From contig DASRKZ010000100.1 of assembly GCA_035648675.1 (NCBI GenBank), positions 1 through 42,494 on the forward strand: a stretch of 42,494 nucleotides of DNA, written 5' to 3'. Shown in pieces: positions 18,436-28,399 of the stretch; position 1 is the stretch's first letter; each line of letters begins with the position of its first letter. Made by a program: the position numbers and the translations under genes. The stretch comes from Solirubrobacteraceae bacterium (GTDB lineage: Bacteria; Actinomycetota; Thermoleophilia; Solirubrobacterales; Solirubrobacteraceae). The notes beneath the pieces were generated by a model. That model saw only the letters and a program-made list of their open reading frames with translations. It was not told the origin of the DNA and ran no database searches.

Positions 18436-19251
18436 CTACCTGCCCGAGAAGCGCGCGGGACGCTTTTCGACGAACGCCGTGGCGCCCTCCAGGAAGTCCT
18501 CGCTGCCGGCCATCTCCCGCTGAATCTGGGCCTCCAGCTCGAGCTGCTCGGCCATCCGCGGATACAGCCAGTTGTTCAGCTGGCGCTTCGTGCCCGCGTA
18601 GGAGCGCGTCGGTCCGACGGCCAGGCCCGCGGCGAGCGCGGCCGTCTCCTCGAGCAGGCGCTCGTCCGCGACGACGCGGTTGATCAGACCCCACTCGAGC
18701 GCTCGCGCGGCTCCCAGGGGCTCGCCGAGCATCGCCAGCTCGGTGGCGCGCGCGATGCCGACGCGGGTGGGCACGAACAGCGAGGAGCCGCCGTCGGGGA
18801 CGAGCCCGATGTTGACGAAGGCGAGCAGGAAGTAGCTGCTCTCCGCCGCCACGATCAGGTCGCAGCAGAGCGCCAGCGAGCAGCCGATGCCCACCGCCGG
18901 ACCGTTCACGGACGCGATCACCGGCTTCTCCAGGTCGCGGATCGCGTGCATGATCGGGTGGTAGCGCTCGGTGAGAGCCTTGTAGACGTCCGGGCGCCCC
19001 TCGGGGGTGAGGTCTACGCCGTCGCCCGTGTCCTTCAGGTCGGCGCCCGAGGAGAAGGCGCGCCCGGCGCCCGTGAGGACCACCGCCCGCGCCGCGTCGT
19101 TCTCGGCCACCCGGCGCAGCGCCGCGAGCAGATCGAGGCCGAGCTGCTTGTTCCAGGCGTTCAGCGCCTCCGGTCGGTTCAACTCGACCGTGGCGACGCC
19201 GTCGGCGACGCGCAGGTTGACCGTCTCCAGCGCGACGGGCGGCTCGCTCAT
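18436..19251 (-). CDS. Enoyl-CoA hydratase/isomerase family protein (PaaG-like)
   Basis: LNRPEALNA, AFSSGADL, GLVPDGG, EGATAFVEKR. Confidence 0.92.
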   Translation of the reverse strand: MSEPPVALETVNLRVADGVATVELNRPEALNAWNKQLGLDLLAALRRVAENDAARAVVLTGAGRAFSSGADLKDTGDGVDLTPEGRPDVYKALTERYHPIMHAIRDLEKPVIASVNGPAVGIGCSLALCCDLIVAAESSYFLLAFVNIGLVPDGGSSLFVPTRVGIARATELAMLGEPLGAARALEWGLINRVVADERLLEETAALAAGLAVGPTRSYAGTKRQLNNWLYPRMAEQLELEAQIQREMAGSEDFLEGATAFVEKRPARFSGR

Positions 19252-19274
19252 GGCGATGATCCTATTCTGTGGGG

Positions 19275-20054
19275 ATGAAACGCCCCGTGATCGGCATCTG
19301 CACCGCGCTCGAGCAGGCGCGTTGGAGCGTCTGGGATCAACCGGCGATGCTGCTGGCGCGCAACTACGTCGACGCGGTGCAGCGCGCCGGGGGACTGGCG
19401 CTGATGCTCCCGCCGGATCCCCAGCTGGTCGAGGATCCCGAGGAGGTGCTGGACTTGATCGACGGGCTCCTGCTCACCGGCGGCGCCGACATCGACCCCG
19501 CCTCATACGGTCAGGAGGCGCACGCCGAGACGGTGGACACGGTCCCCGAGCGCGACGTCTTCGAGATCGCGCTCGTCCGCGCGGCGATCGAGCGCGACCT
19601 GCCGGTGCTCGGCGTCTGCCGGGGGATGCAGCTGATCAACGTCGCCCGCGGCGGCACGCTGCTGCAGCACCTGCCCGATCACTTCGGCCACGGCGAGCAC
19701 AGGCGGGCGATCGGCTCGTTCGACGGCGCCGACCACGACGTGCGCCTGCTCGAGGGAACGCTCGCGGCGCGCGCGGCGGGGGAGTGCAAGCACGCGACCA
19801 AGTCCCACCATCATCAGGGCATCGACCGGCTGGGAGAGGGGCTCGTGGTGAGCGGACATTCGCTGCTCGACGACCTACCGGAGGCGATCGAGATGGATAG
19901 GAGCCCGCCCGCCCGGCCGTCCGGTCGTCGCTTCGTGCTCGGCGTGCAGTGGCACCCCGAGGCTGACGTGGCGAGCTCGGTGGTCGGGGCGCTGGTGGAG
20001 GCGGCGATGGTGGAGCCGGCGGGGCGCACGCAGATTCGCGGGATCGCGTCCTGA
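19275..20054 (+). CDS. Peptidase C26 / gamma-glutamyl-gamma-aminobutyrate hydrolase family
   Basis: KRPVIGI, GGADIDP, GVCRGMQ, VQWHPE catalytic triad. Confidence 0.92.
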   Translation: MKRPVIGICTALEQARWSVWDQPAMLLARNYVDAVQRAGGLALMLPPDPQLVEDPEEVLDLIDGLLLTGGADIDPASYGQEAHAETVDTVPERDVFEIALVRAAIERDLPVLGVCRGMQLINVARGGTLLQHLPDHFGHGEHRRAIGSFDGADHDVRLLEGTLAARAAGECKHATKSHHHQGIDRLGEGLVVSGHSLLDDLPEAIEMDRSPPARPSGRRFVLGVQWHPEADVASSVVGALVEAAMVEPAGRTQIRGIAS

Positions 20055-20107
20055 GCGCCGCACTCCGGCGGATTGCCCGCCGGAGGCCGACCTATACTCC
20101 CCGGGAA

Positions 20108-21172
20108 GTGCGGCGGTCGAACGCCATTCGAGCAGCCGCCTGGGGGGTCGTCGTCGCGGGCGTCGCCGCCCCATTGGTGCGCAAGCGGGTCAAGGCTCCG
20201 CCGATCGTCACCCAGACGGTCGCCTTTGCCGCCCCCTTCGGCCTATGCGTGGCGATGCGTCGCTCGCGCACCCGTGACGTGGCCACCTGCGCCTTGCAGA
20301 TGTGGGCCTATCTGGCGGCCTACAAGTCGCCGCACGACGACCCCGCCGCCCAGGAGCGACGGGTGCGCATCGACTACCCGATCGTCGGCGATCGCGTGCT
20401 GGGCTTGGGCGAGCTGCCGACGATGCGCCTGCAACGCGCGCTTGCCCGGTGCGGCCCGGATGGCCCGGAGTGGCACGCTCTCGACCGCGTGCTGGTGTGG
20501 GCGCATTGGGCGTGGTTCATGGTGCCCCACGGCTCGCTCGCCTACATCCTCCTGCGCCACCGCGGGCGCTTCCCGCGGGCCGCCGTGATGACCTACGCGG
20601 TGTTCGACATCGGCGCGACCGTCTACTGGCTGCTCCCGACCGCTCCGCCCTGGTACGCCGCCTCGGCGGCCGCGCGCGGCGCGGCCGAGCGCGGGTCGGA
20701 GGCGTCGCCGTCGGAGGCGCCGGCCGAACGCGGGTCGGGAGTGTCGCCGCCGGAGGCGATGGTCGAGCGCGGGTCGGGAGTGTCGCCGTCGGAGGCGATG
20801 GTCGAGCCGGAGATCCGGCGGATGATGGTCGAGTACGGGGAGTTCTTCTGGCGAGACGGCTGGGGCCCGCTCTACAGTGTCTTCGGAGGTAACCCCTTAG
20901 CCGCGATGCCCTCGCTGCACTTCGCCACATCCCTGATGGCCGCGCTCCTGCTCACCGAGGTAGGGCCGGTCGTCGGCGTGCTCGGCTGGAGCTATACCGC
21001 GACGCTCGGATTCGCGCTTGTCTACCTCGGGGAGCACTATGTGGTGGACCTGCTCGCCGGGGCCGTGTTGACGGCGGCGGTGCGGCGCCTGGCCCCGCGC
21101 GCGGGGCCGGTTGTGGCGGGGGTCGGCCGGGCCGTGGCGGCGCTCGAGGCGCAGGCGCACGCGGCGGGTTGA
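20108..21172 (+). CDS. PAP2-superfamily membrane enzyme (AUR1/PAP2_3-like)
   Basis: PTAPPW, AMPSLH and HYVVD motifs with multiple TM segments. Confidence 0.85.
   Translation: MRRSNAIRAAAWGVVVAGVAAPLVRKRVKAPPIVTQTVAFAAPFGLCVAMRRSRTRDVATCALQMWAYLAAYKSPHDDPAAQERRVRIDYPIVGDRVLGLGELPTMRLQRALARCGPDGPEWHALDRVLVWAHWAWFMVPHGSLAYILLRHRGRFPRAAVMTYAVFDIGATVYWLLPTAPPWYAASAAARGAAERGSEASPSEAPAERGSGVSPPEAMVERGSGVSPSEAMVEPEIRRMMVEYGEFFWRDGWGPLYSVFGGNPLAAMPSLHFATSLMAALLLTEVGPVVGVLGWSYTATLGFALVYLGEHYVVDLLAGAVLTAAVRRLAPRAGPVVAGVGRAVAALEAQAHAAG
20687..20806 (+). repeat. In-frame 39-bp tandem repeat x3
   Basis: GAGCGCGGGTCGG...GGAGGCG unit encoding ERGS(E/G)(A/V)SP(S/P)EA(P/M)(A/V). Confidence 0.9.
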
Positions 21173-21178
21173 GCGGAG

Positions 21179-22354
21179 GTGGGCGAGGAGGAGATGGCGG
21201 GGGAGATGGCGGAAGCGCACAAACAGGAGTTGGGAGGCGAGACGGCCGAGGAGGAGATGCCGCGGGTGACGGTGACGCGTCGCCGGGCGATCACCTTTGT
21301 GTTGTTCGTCCTCTCGGTCGTCGCGTTCCTGTATTTCGTCCTCCCCAAGTTGTCGGGCCTGGGGGCGACGGCGCATCGCATCGAGCGCGGAGACACCTGG
21401 TGGATCGCGGCCGGGGTGGTCTTCGAGCTGCTCTCCTTCGCCGGCTACGTGGTGCTGTTCCGCGCGGTGTTCGTGCGGGGGGGATCCCGCCCGCCCAGCT
21501 TGATCGGCTGGCGCGAGAGCTACCAGATCACGATGGCGGGCTTGGCCGCCACGCGGCTGTTCGCCACCGCCGGCGCGGGGGGCGTGGCGCTGACCGCGTG
21601 GGCGTTGCGCCGCTCCGGCATGGAGGCGCGGCTGGTGGCCAGCCGGATGGTCGCGTTCATGGCGCTGCTGTACGTGATCTATGCGGGCGTGCTGCTGATC
21701 GACGGCGTCGGGCTCGGTACGGGCCTGTTTCCGGGGGGCGGCTCGTTTGCGATCACGATCATCCCCGCGATCGTCGCCGCGATGCTGTTCGCGCTGGCCG
21801 GCGCGATGGCTTTGCTGCCGGGGGATATCGAGCGACGTCTGGCACGGCGGGCGGCCGGCTCGGGTCGGCTCGCCCAGTGGGTGGCCAGCGCGGTGACCGT
21901 GCCGGCGCTGGCGGCCAGCGGGATCCGCACCGCGATCGATCTGATTCGCTCCCGCAATCCTGGCGTGCTGGGCGCGCCGGCCTGGTGGGGCTTTGACATC
22001 TGCGTGCTCTGGGCTTGCTTTCACGCGTTCGGCAGCCCGCCGCCGTTCACGGTCATCTTGATGTGCTACTTCGTGGGTATGCTCGGCAACCTGCTGCCTC
22101 TACCCGGCGGGCTCGGAGGTGTGGAGGGAGGGATGATCGGCGCCTTCGCGGCCTTCGGCGTCGACTTCAACCTGGCGTTGCTCGCGGTCCTGTCCTATCG
22201 GGCGATCTCATTCTGGTTGCCGACGCTGCCCGGCGCGATCGCTTACTTCCAGTTGCGCCGCACCGTGGCGCGCTGGCGCCACCGGCAGAGCCCGCCTTCG
22301 GGAGACGCCGCGCCGGTGGGGGCGATCGAGGCGGCCGGACCCCTGCGGGCCTAG
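21179..22354 (+). CDS. Lysylphosphatidylglycerol synthase TM-domain / UPF0104 flippase-like protein
   Basis: Many TM helices; GAGG, LPGGLGGVEG and YRAISFWLP motifs. Confidence 0.85.
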   Translation: MGEEEMAGEMAEAHKQELGGETAEEEMPRVTVTRRRAITFVLFVLSVVAFLYFVLPKLSGLGATAHRIERGDTWWIAAGVVFELLSFAGYVVLFRAVFVRGGSRPPSLIGWRESYQITMAGLAATRLFATAGAGGVALTAWALRRSGMEARLVASRMVAFMALLYVIYAGVLLIDGVGLGTGLFPGGGSFAITIIPAIVAAMLFALAGAMALLPGDIERRLARRAAGSGRLAQWVASAVTVPALAASGIRTAIDLIRSRNPGVLGAPAWWGFDICVLWACFHAFGSPPPFTVILMCYFVGMLGNLLPLPGGLGGVEGGMIGAFAAFGVDFNLALLAVLSYRAISFWLPTLPGAIAYFQLRRTVARWRHRQSPPSGDAAPVGAIEAAGPLRA

Positions 22355-22407
22355 ACTATAGACCGTGAACAGGCTATACTTCATAAAGTAAAGCGACAGG
22401 AGACGAG

Positions 22408-23457
22408 ATGGCAGCGACAGACGATCAGACAACGGCGGCGGACATCGAGAACGTGATCGTGATCGGGAGCGGCCCGGCGGGCTACACTGCGGCGCTGTAC
22501 ACCTCGCGCGCCAACCTGAGCCCGCTTGTGATCGAGGGCTTCGCCTGGGGCGGTCTCCTGCAGCAGACGACCGACGTGGAGAACTACCCGGGCTTCCCCG
22601 AGGGCATCATGGGTCCTGAGATGGTGCAGAAGCTGCGCGACCAGGCCGAGCGCTTCGGCGCGCGCCTGCTGACCGAGGAGGCCGAGCGCGTCGAGCTGGC
22701 GAGCGAGCCCGGCGGTATCCACAAGGTGTGGGTCGGAGACAAGGAGTACCGGGCGCGCACCGTCGTCCTGGCGATGGGCGCCGAGCACAAGAAGCTGGAG
22801 GTCCCCGGCGAGATGGAGCTGAGCGGCCGCGGGGTCAGCTACTGCGCGACCTGCGACGCGGCCTTCTTCCGCGACACCCCGACGGTGATCGTCGGCGGCG
22901 GGGACTCGGCGATGGAGGAGGCGATCTTCCTCTCGAAGTTCGCAAGCAAGGTGACGATCGTGCATCGGCGCGACGAGTTCCGCGCCTCGAAGATCATGCT
23001 CGACCGAGCGCGCGCGCAGGAGAACATCGAGCTGTTGACGCCCTACGCCGTGAAGGAGTTCGTACCCGGCGAGAACGGCGCCCTGGGACATGCGGCGCTC
23101 GTGAATACCGAGACCGGCGAGGAGCGCATCCTGGAGGTGTCCGGCGCGTTCGTCGCGGTCGGCCACGAGCCGCAGTCGACACTTGTAGGTGGGCAGATCG
23201 ATGTCGACGGGAACGGCTACGTCGCCGTCGAGGGTCGCTCGACGCGGACCAACCGCCCCGGTGTGTTCGCCGCGGGAGACCTGGTCGACCACACCTACCG
23301 CCAGGCGATCACGGCGGCCGGCTCGGGCTGTCAGGCGGCGCTCGACGCCGAGTGGTACCTCAGAGACACACCGCAGGTGCCCACCCCGGAGGGGATGCCT
23401 GTGGGTGACTTGGCCGAGGCGCAATGGGCGCCTACCGCAGCTACGGCCGAGGCGTAG
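22408..23457 (+). CDS. trxB: Thioredoxin reductase
   Basis: [45 protein letters not shown]. Confidence 0.97.
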   Translation: MAATDDQTTAADIENVIVIGSGPAGYTAALYTSRANLSPLVIEGFAWGGLLQQTTDVENYPGFPEGIMGPEMVQKLRDQAERFGARLLTEEAERVELASEPGGIHKVWVGDKEYRARTVVLAMGAEHKKLEVPGEMELSGRGVSYCATCDAAFFRDTPTVIVGGGDSAMEEAIFLSKFASKVTIVHRRDEFRASKIMLDRARAQENIELLTPYAVKEFVPGENGALGHAALVNTETGEERILEVSGAFVAVGHEPQSTLVGGQIDVDGNGYVAVEGRSTRTNRPGVFAAGDLVDHTYRQAITAAGSGCQAALDAEWYLRDTPQVPTPEGMPVGDLAEAQWAPTAATAEA

Positions 23458-24658
23458 TAAAGGAGCCCTGGCTTCGCACCAGGCGGCGCAGCGCTGGAGC
23501 CGGGCGGTAGCGCTCCTCCCGATACTCCTCCCAGAGGCCGTCCAGCACGGCGAGTACATGGTCGAGCCCGATCTCATCGGCCCACGCGAGCGGGCCGCGC
23601 GGATAGTTGAGCCCGAGCATCATGCCGGTGTCGATGTCCTGTGCGCTGCCCACGCCTTCACCAAGCGCGAAGGCGCACTCGTTGATCACCTGGCAGAGGA
23701 TTCGCTCGAGCACGCCGCCGCCCGCAGGCTGCACCTTGGCGTCAGCGCGGGCGGGTGGGTCCGGGTCCGGATCTGGGTCCGGGGGGCGGTAGGGATCGTT
23801 CGAGTAGTCGTAGTAGCCGCGCCCCGTCTTGCGCCCGTGCAGCCCGGCGGCGACGTAGCGCGCGGAGATCGGCGAGGGCTGCCAGCGGGGCTCGTAGAAG
23901 CTCTGCTCGTAGAAGCTCTTGGAGATCTCGAGGCCGGTGTCGATACCGACGAGGTCCATCAGCTCGAAGGGGCCCATGCGGAAGCCTCCCTCCATGCGGA
24001 CGATCCGGTCGATCGTCTCGATGTCCGCGATCTGCTCTTGCAACATGCGCAAAGCCTCCAGCCCGAACGGCCGGTTGCAGCGGTTGACGAGGAATCCTGG
24101 TCCGTCGGCGGCGCGGATCACCGTCTTACCCATCGCCTCCCCGGTCGCGTGGGCCAGCGCGAGCGCCCGCTCGCCCGACTGCTCGCCGGCGACCACCTCC
24201 AGCAGGCGCATGACTGGGGCGGGGTTGAAGAAGTGCATCCCCACGACCCGCTCGGGACAGGTCGCGGCCGCCGCGATCGCGGTCACGAGCAGCGAGGAGG
24301 TGTTGCTCGCCAGCACGCACTCCTCGCCGAGGATCTCTTCGGAGAGGCGCGCATACAGCTCGTGCTTGAGCGCGAGCCGCTCGGGGGCGGCCTCGATCAC
24401 GAGATCGCAGGGCGCGAGTGCCGCGAGATCCTCGACTGTCTCGAGTCGCTCGGCGGCCGTCCGGGCCTCCTGGGATGTCCCGCGACCGCGTGCGGCTTCC
24501 TTCTCCAGGCCCGCGGCCACGTGTAGCGCGCCGCGCCTCAGGGCCTCGGAGATGGGGTCGTACAGGATCGTCCGCGCGCCGGAGCGCGCGGCGAGCTGGG
24601 CGATCCCGGCGCCCATAGTGCCCGCGCCGATCACGCCGATGACGCGGGCGGCCGCCAT
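23441..24658 (-). CDS. 3-hydroxyacyl-CoA dehydrogenase (duplicated C-terminal domain)
   Basis: [30 protein letters not shown], second C-domain after a Pro-Asp linker. Confidence 0.92.
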   Translation of the reverse strand: MAAARVIGVIGAGTMGAGIAQLAARSGARTILYDPISEALRRGALHVAAGLEKEAARGRGTSQEARTAAERLETVEDLAALAPCDLVIEAAPERLALKHELYARLSEEILGEECVLASNTSSLLVTAIAAAATCPERVVGMHFFNPAPVMRLLEVVAGEQSGERALALAHATGEAMGKTVIRAADGPGFLVNRCNRPFGLEALRMLQEQIADIETIDRIVRMEGGFRMGPFELMDLVGIDTGLEISKSFYEQSFYEPRWQPSPISARYVAAGLHGRKTGRGYYDYSNDPYRPPDPDPDPDPPARADAKVQPAGGGVLERILCQVINECAFALGEGVGSAQDIDTGMMLGLNYPRGPLAWADEIGLDHVLAVLDGLWEEYREERYRPAPALRRLVRSQGSFTTPRP

Positions 24659-24659
24659 C

Positions 24660-25820
24660 TCAGTCGGGGACGAGCGCGTTGATCCCGGTCATCGCGCGGC
24701 CGATGATCAGTTTCTGGATCTGTGAGGTGCCCTCGTACAGGGTCGTGACGCGCACATCGCGGAAGTAGCGCTCGACGGGGTGGTCATCGACGTAGCCCGC
24801 GCCGCCGTGCACCTGGATCGCGGTGTTCGCGCACCACACCGCCGCCTCGGTCGCATGGAGCTTGGCGATCGAGGTCTCGAGCGTGTTCGGCCGGCCCTTG
24901 TCCTTGAGGAAGCCCGCGCGCCACACGAGCATCCGCGAGGCGTCGGTCTTCAGCACCATGTCGGCGATCATCGCCTGCACGAGCTGGAAGCTGGCGATCG
25001 GTTTGCCGAACTGTTCGCGCGCCTTCGCGTACTTGACCGACTCCTCGACGCAGCCCTGGCAGATGCCCACGCAGCCGGCGGCCACGGAGTAGCGCCCGGA
25101 GTCGAGCGAGGACATCGCGACCTTGAAGCCCTCGCCGACGTTTCCGAGCATGTCCCCGTCTGAGACCTCGACGTCTTCCAACGCGATCGACGCCGTGTCG
25201 GAGGCGTGCAGGCCCATCTTGTGCTCGATCGTCTGCGAGGTGTAACCGGCCTGGTCGGTGTCCACCAGGAAGCAGGCCACGCCCTTGTGTCCGAGCTCGG
25301 GATCGGTCTGGGCGAAGATCAGCGCCACCTTGGCGTAGTTGCCCATCGAGATCCACATCTTCCCGCCGTTGATCGTCCAGCCGGAGTCGGTCTTCTTGGC
25401 GCGCGTCTTCTGGTTGGCGGCGTCGGAGCCGGTGTCGGGCTCGGTCAGCCCGAAACACCCCAACCACTCCCCCGAGCAGAGCCTTGGCAGGTACTTCCGC
25501 TTCTGCTCCTCGGTGCCCCACCTGAGGATCGCGGAGCACACGAGCGAGGTCTGCACCGAGATGACCGTGCGGATCGACGAGTCCCCCCGCCCGATCTCCT
25601 CGACGATCAGCCCATAGCTCAGATAGTCGAGCCCCGCGCCCCCGTACTCCTCAGGGACGATCGCGCCGAGATACCCCTGGTCGGCGATCTTCTTGACGAG
25701 ATCCACGTCGAAGTGGTGGTTGCGCGCGTTCTCCCGCGAGCGATCGACGATCTCCTTGTCGGTGAACTCGCGCGCGGTCTCCTTGATCAGGCGCTGCTCA
25801 TCGGTCAGGTCGAAGTCCAT
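24660..25820 (-). CDS. Acyl-CoA dehydrogenase
   Basis: GLTEPDTGSDA, REQFGKPI, QVHGGAGY, YEGTSQIQ. Confidence 0.95.
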   Translation of the reverse strand: MDFDLTDEQRLIKETAREFTDKEIVDRSRENARNHHFDVDLVKKIADQGYLGAIVPEEYGGAGLDYLSYGLIVEEIGRGDSSIRTVISVQTSLVCSAILRWGTEEQKRKYLPRLCSGEWLGCFGLTEPDTGSDAANQKTRAKKTDSGWTINGGKMWISMGNYAKVALIFAQTDPELGHKGVACFLVDTDQAGYTSQTIEHKMGLHASDTASIALEDVEVSDGDMLGNVGEGFKVAMSSLDSGRYSVAAGCVGICQGCVEESVKYAKAREQFGKPIASFQLVQAMIADMVLKTDASRMLVWRAGFLKDKGRPNTLETSIAKLHATEAAVWCANTAIQVHGGAGYVDDHPVERYFRDVRVTTLYEGTSQIQKLIIGRAMTGINALVPD

Positions 25821-25868
25821 ATTCGTGTCTGCCTCCTCTCGCCCGCGCCATCGGCCGGGCGGTCGTGG

Positions 25869-27299
25869 TCAACTCGCTGCGCCTGCCGTCCCGGATCCGC
25901 TCAGCTTCGGAGTGCTCCATCGCGCCTGCAGGCGGCGCTCCAGCTCCTCGGCGAGCCCGTCGATCGGCAGGCGCTCCTGCGTCAGCGAATCACGCTCGCG
26001 CAGGGTGATCGTCCGATCTTCGAGGCTCTGGTGGTCGACCGTCACGCAGAACGGTGTGCCGATCTCGTCCTGGCGGCGGTAGCGCTTGCCGATCGCTCCG
26101 CCGTCGTCGTACTCGATCATGCCGAGCCCCGCCCGCCCGCGGAGGGCGCGATGGATCTCGCTTGCGAGCTCCGGCTGGCCGTCCTTCTTGACGAGCGGCA
26201 GGATTGCCGCCTTGATCGGCGCCAGACGCGGGTGCAGCCGCAGCACGGTGCGTCGCTCGCCCTCACCGGCCCCTTCACGCTCGACGACTTCCTCGTCGTA
26301 GGCGTCCACGAGGAACGCGAGCGTCGCCCGGTCCGCGCCGGCGGCGGGCTCGATCACATGGGGTACATAGCGCTCGCCGGTCCCCTGGTCGAAGTACTCG
26401 AGCTTCTCGCCGGAGAACTTCGTGTGCTGGGTCAGGTCGAAGTCGCCGCGGTTGGCGATCCCCTCGAGCTCGGACCAGCGGGCTCCGCCGCCCGGAGCGG
26501 TGGACGGGAAGAGGTATTCGACGTCGCTCGTCGCGGTCGAGTAGTGCGAGAGCTCGTCCTCGTCGTGGGCGCGCAGGCGCAGGTGGTCGGGCCGCAGTCC
26601 GAGATCCTCATACCAGCGCTCGCGCTCGGAGAGCCAGTGCTCGAACCACTGCTTCGCATCGGCCGGCGGCACGAAGAACTCCATCTCCATCTGCTCGAAC
26701 TCGCGCGTGCGGAAGATGAAGTTGCCGGGGGTGATCTCGTTGCGGAATGACTTCCCCACCTGTGCGATCCCGAACGGCGGCTTCTTGCGCGAGAACTGGA
26801 GCACGTTCTTGAAGTTGATGAAGATGCCCTGCGCCGTCTCGGGGCGCAGGTAGGCCTGCGCCCCGGACTCCTTGACGGGGCCGATTGTCGTCTCGAACAT
26901 CAGGTTGAAGTCGCGCGCCTCCGTCAGGTCGCACTCGTCGGTTTCGCCCGGATGCTTCGACGGTTTGCGCCCGCACTCGAGGTCGCCGAGGTGGTCGGCG
27001 CGAAAGCGCTGCTTGCACGTGCGGCAGTCCACGAGCGGGTCGGTGAACCCCGCCAGATGCCCCGAGGCCTCCCAGACGCGCGGATGCTGGAGGATCGCGG
27101 AGTCGATCGCCACGATGTCGTCGCGCTCTGAGAGCATCGCGCGCCACCACTCGTTCTTCACGTTGCTCTTCAGCAGCACCCCGTAGTGGCCGAAGTCATA
27201 CGTGGAGCCGACCCCGCCGTAGATCTCCGAGGAGGGGAACACGAAGCCGCGCCGCTTGCACAGCGCGACGATCTTGTCCATCGTGGCCACGTCCGTCAT
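25869..27299 (-). CDS. glyQS: Glycine-tRNA ligase (alpha2 homodimeric type)
   Basis: SSEIYGG, LRPETAQG, FRTREFEQME, IGKRYRRQDEIGTP; start ATG 27299 (or 27281). Confidence 0.96.
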   Translation of the reverse strand: MTDVATMDKIVALCKRRGFVFPSSEIYGGVGSTYDFGHYGVLLKSNVKNEWWRAMLSERDDIVAIDSAILQHPRVWEASGHLAGFTDPLVDCRTCKQRFRADHLGDLECGRKPSKHPGETDECDLTEARDFNLMFETTIGPVKESGAQAYLRPETAQGIFINFKNVLQFSRKKPPFGIAQVGKSFRNEITPGNFIFRTREFEQMEMEFFVPPADAKQWFEHWLSERERWYEDLGLRPDHLRLRAHDEDELSHYSTATSDVEYLFPSTAPGGGARWSELEGIANRGDFDLTQHTKFSGEKLEYFDQGTGERYVPHVIEPAAGADRATLAFLVDAYDEEVVEREGAGEGERRTVLRLHPRLAPIKAAILPLVKKDGQPELASEIHRALRGRAGLGMIEYDDGGAIGKRYRRQDEIGTPFCVTVDHQSLEDRTITLRERDSLTQERLPIDGLAEELERRLQARWSTPKLSGSGTAGAAS

Positions 27300-27463
27300 C
27301 TCGGCGGATGGTATTGGACGCTTGGCGAAGCCCGCTGAGGACGGCTCACGGCAGGGGGTTGACAATTCCCTTTCCCGATCCCTTGACAAAAGCTAAAAAC
27401 TGTGTTTTTCTTCATGGCAATGGACGGTAGTCAATCCCGAGTGAGACGGACTTCAAAGTGGGT

Positions 27464-27745
27464 GACCGTGCATGGAGCGCCGACCGATCTGCGATCGGTG
27501 GGCCGGGATCTGTTCGAGCGCCGCTACCCATACCTCTCCGGTGGCGCTCGAACAGGTCTCGGCGGGCGCGCTCCATGCCGGTCGAGCAGCGACGGGCCTC
27601 CTCAGCAGCACAGGTGAGTAGCACGGGTAAGTAGGACAGACCTTCGAGCCGTGGGCTTGGAGATAGCCGCCCGCCCCCCGGATCTCAGGGCGCCTCGGGT
27701 CGGCCAGGCCCATGTCAAGCGGGCCGGCCCGGGGGGCGGCCGTAC
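27464..27745 (+). ncRNA. Candidate structured non-coding RNA
   Basis: 23-bp helix 27502-27524/27541-27563 whose only non-Watson-Crick pairs are G-U on the + strand, closed by an outer stem 27464-27480/27568-27583; further stems at 27650-27740; TTGACA motifs upstream. Confidence 0.5.
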
Positions 27746-27766
27746 GGCTCTCTAAGATCGCAGGTC

Positions 27767-28261
27767 GTGGCGCGCATCTTGATCGTGGCCGGTGGCTGCC
27801 GGGGCCGCCGGCTCGCGGGAGATCTGGTGGAGGAGGGGCATGCGGTTCGCATCACCACCCGCGCCGAGTCGGGCCGGGCCGCGATCGAAGCGACGGGGGC
27901 GGAATGCTGGATTGGAACGCCTGAGCGCCTCGCCACGCTGCGCGCCGCGCTGGCGAACGTGACGGTCCTCTGTTGGCTCCTGGGCACCGTCACGGGCCCG
28001 GAGGAGGAGATCCGCGCGCTGCACGGCTCCCGTCTGGAGTTCTTCCTGGGACAGGTGATCGATACGACCGTCCGCGGCTTCGTCTACGAGGCGGCGGGAG
28101 CGGTGCCCGGCGACGCGCTCGCGGAGGGCGAGCGGATCGTAGGCACCACATGTGCGCGCAACGTGATCCCGGCTTCCTTCCTGCGCTCGGATCCGAGTGA
28201 TCTGGACGGGTGGCTGGACGACGCCCATGTTGCCATCGGCATGCTGCTCGCCGGTCGATAA
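27767..28261 (+). CDS. Small Rossmann-like (NAD-binding) protein
   Basis: N-terminal RILIVAGGCRG followed by alpha/beta pattern; GTG 8 nt after TAAGAT. Confidence 0.7.
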   Translation: MARILIVAGGCRGRRLAGDLVEEGHAVRITTRAESGRAAIEATGAECWIGTPERLATLRAALANVTVLCWLLGTVTGPEEEIRALHGSRLEFFLGQVIDTTVRGFVYEAAGAVPGDALAEGERIVGTTCARNVIPASFLRSDPSDLDGWLDDAHVAIGMLLAGR

Positions 28262-28399
28262 GGATCGGCCGCGATCCGGCCTGCCCTGCGTGGTTCGCTA
28301 TCCTAAGACTAATCTCTTAAAACCCGATCTGGATTCATAGAAGAGCGGTTTGTCCTGTCGGCTCTCGCGACGGCTAGCTGTCGAGAAAGGAACAAAATC

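Noticed and set aside
27402-27617. Small ORF across the structured region called as a CDS
   Set aside because: No recognisable motif, and near-perfect base pairing is better explained by RNA structure; not fully excluded
27300-27720. T-box riboswitch for glyQS
   Set aside because: No T-box consensus on the minus strand, the G-U pairs favour the plus strand, and glyQS has a -10 box 8 nt from its ATG
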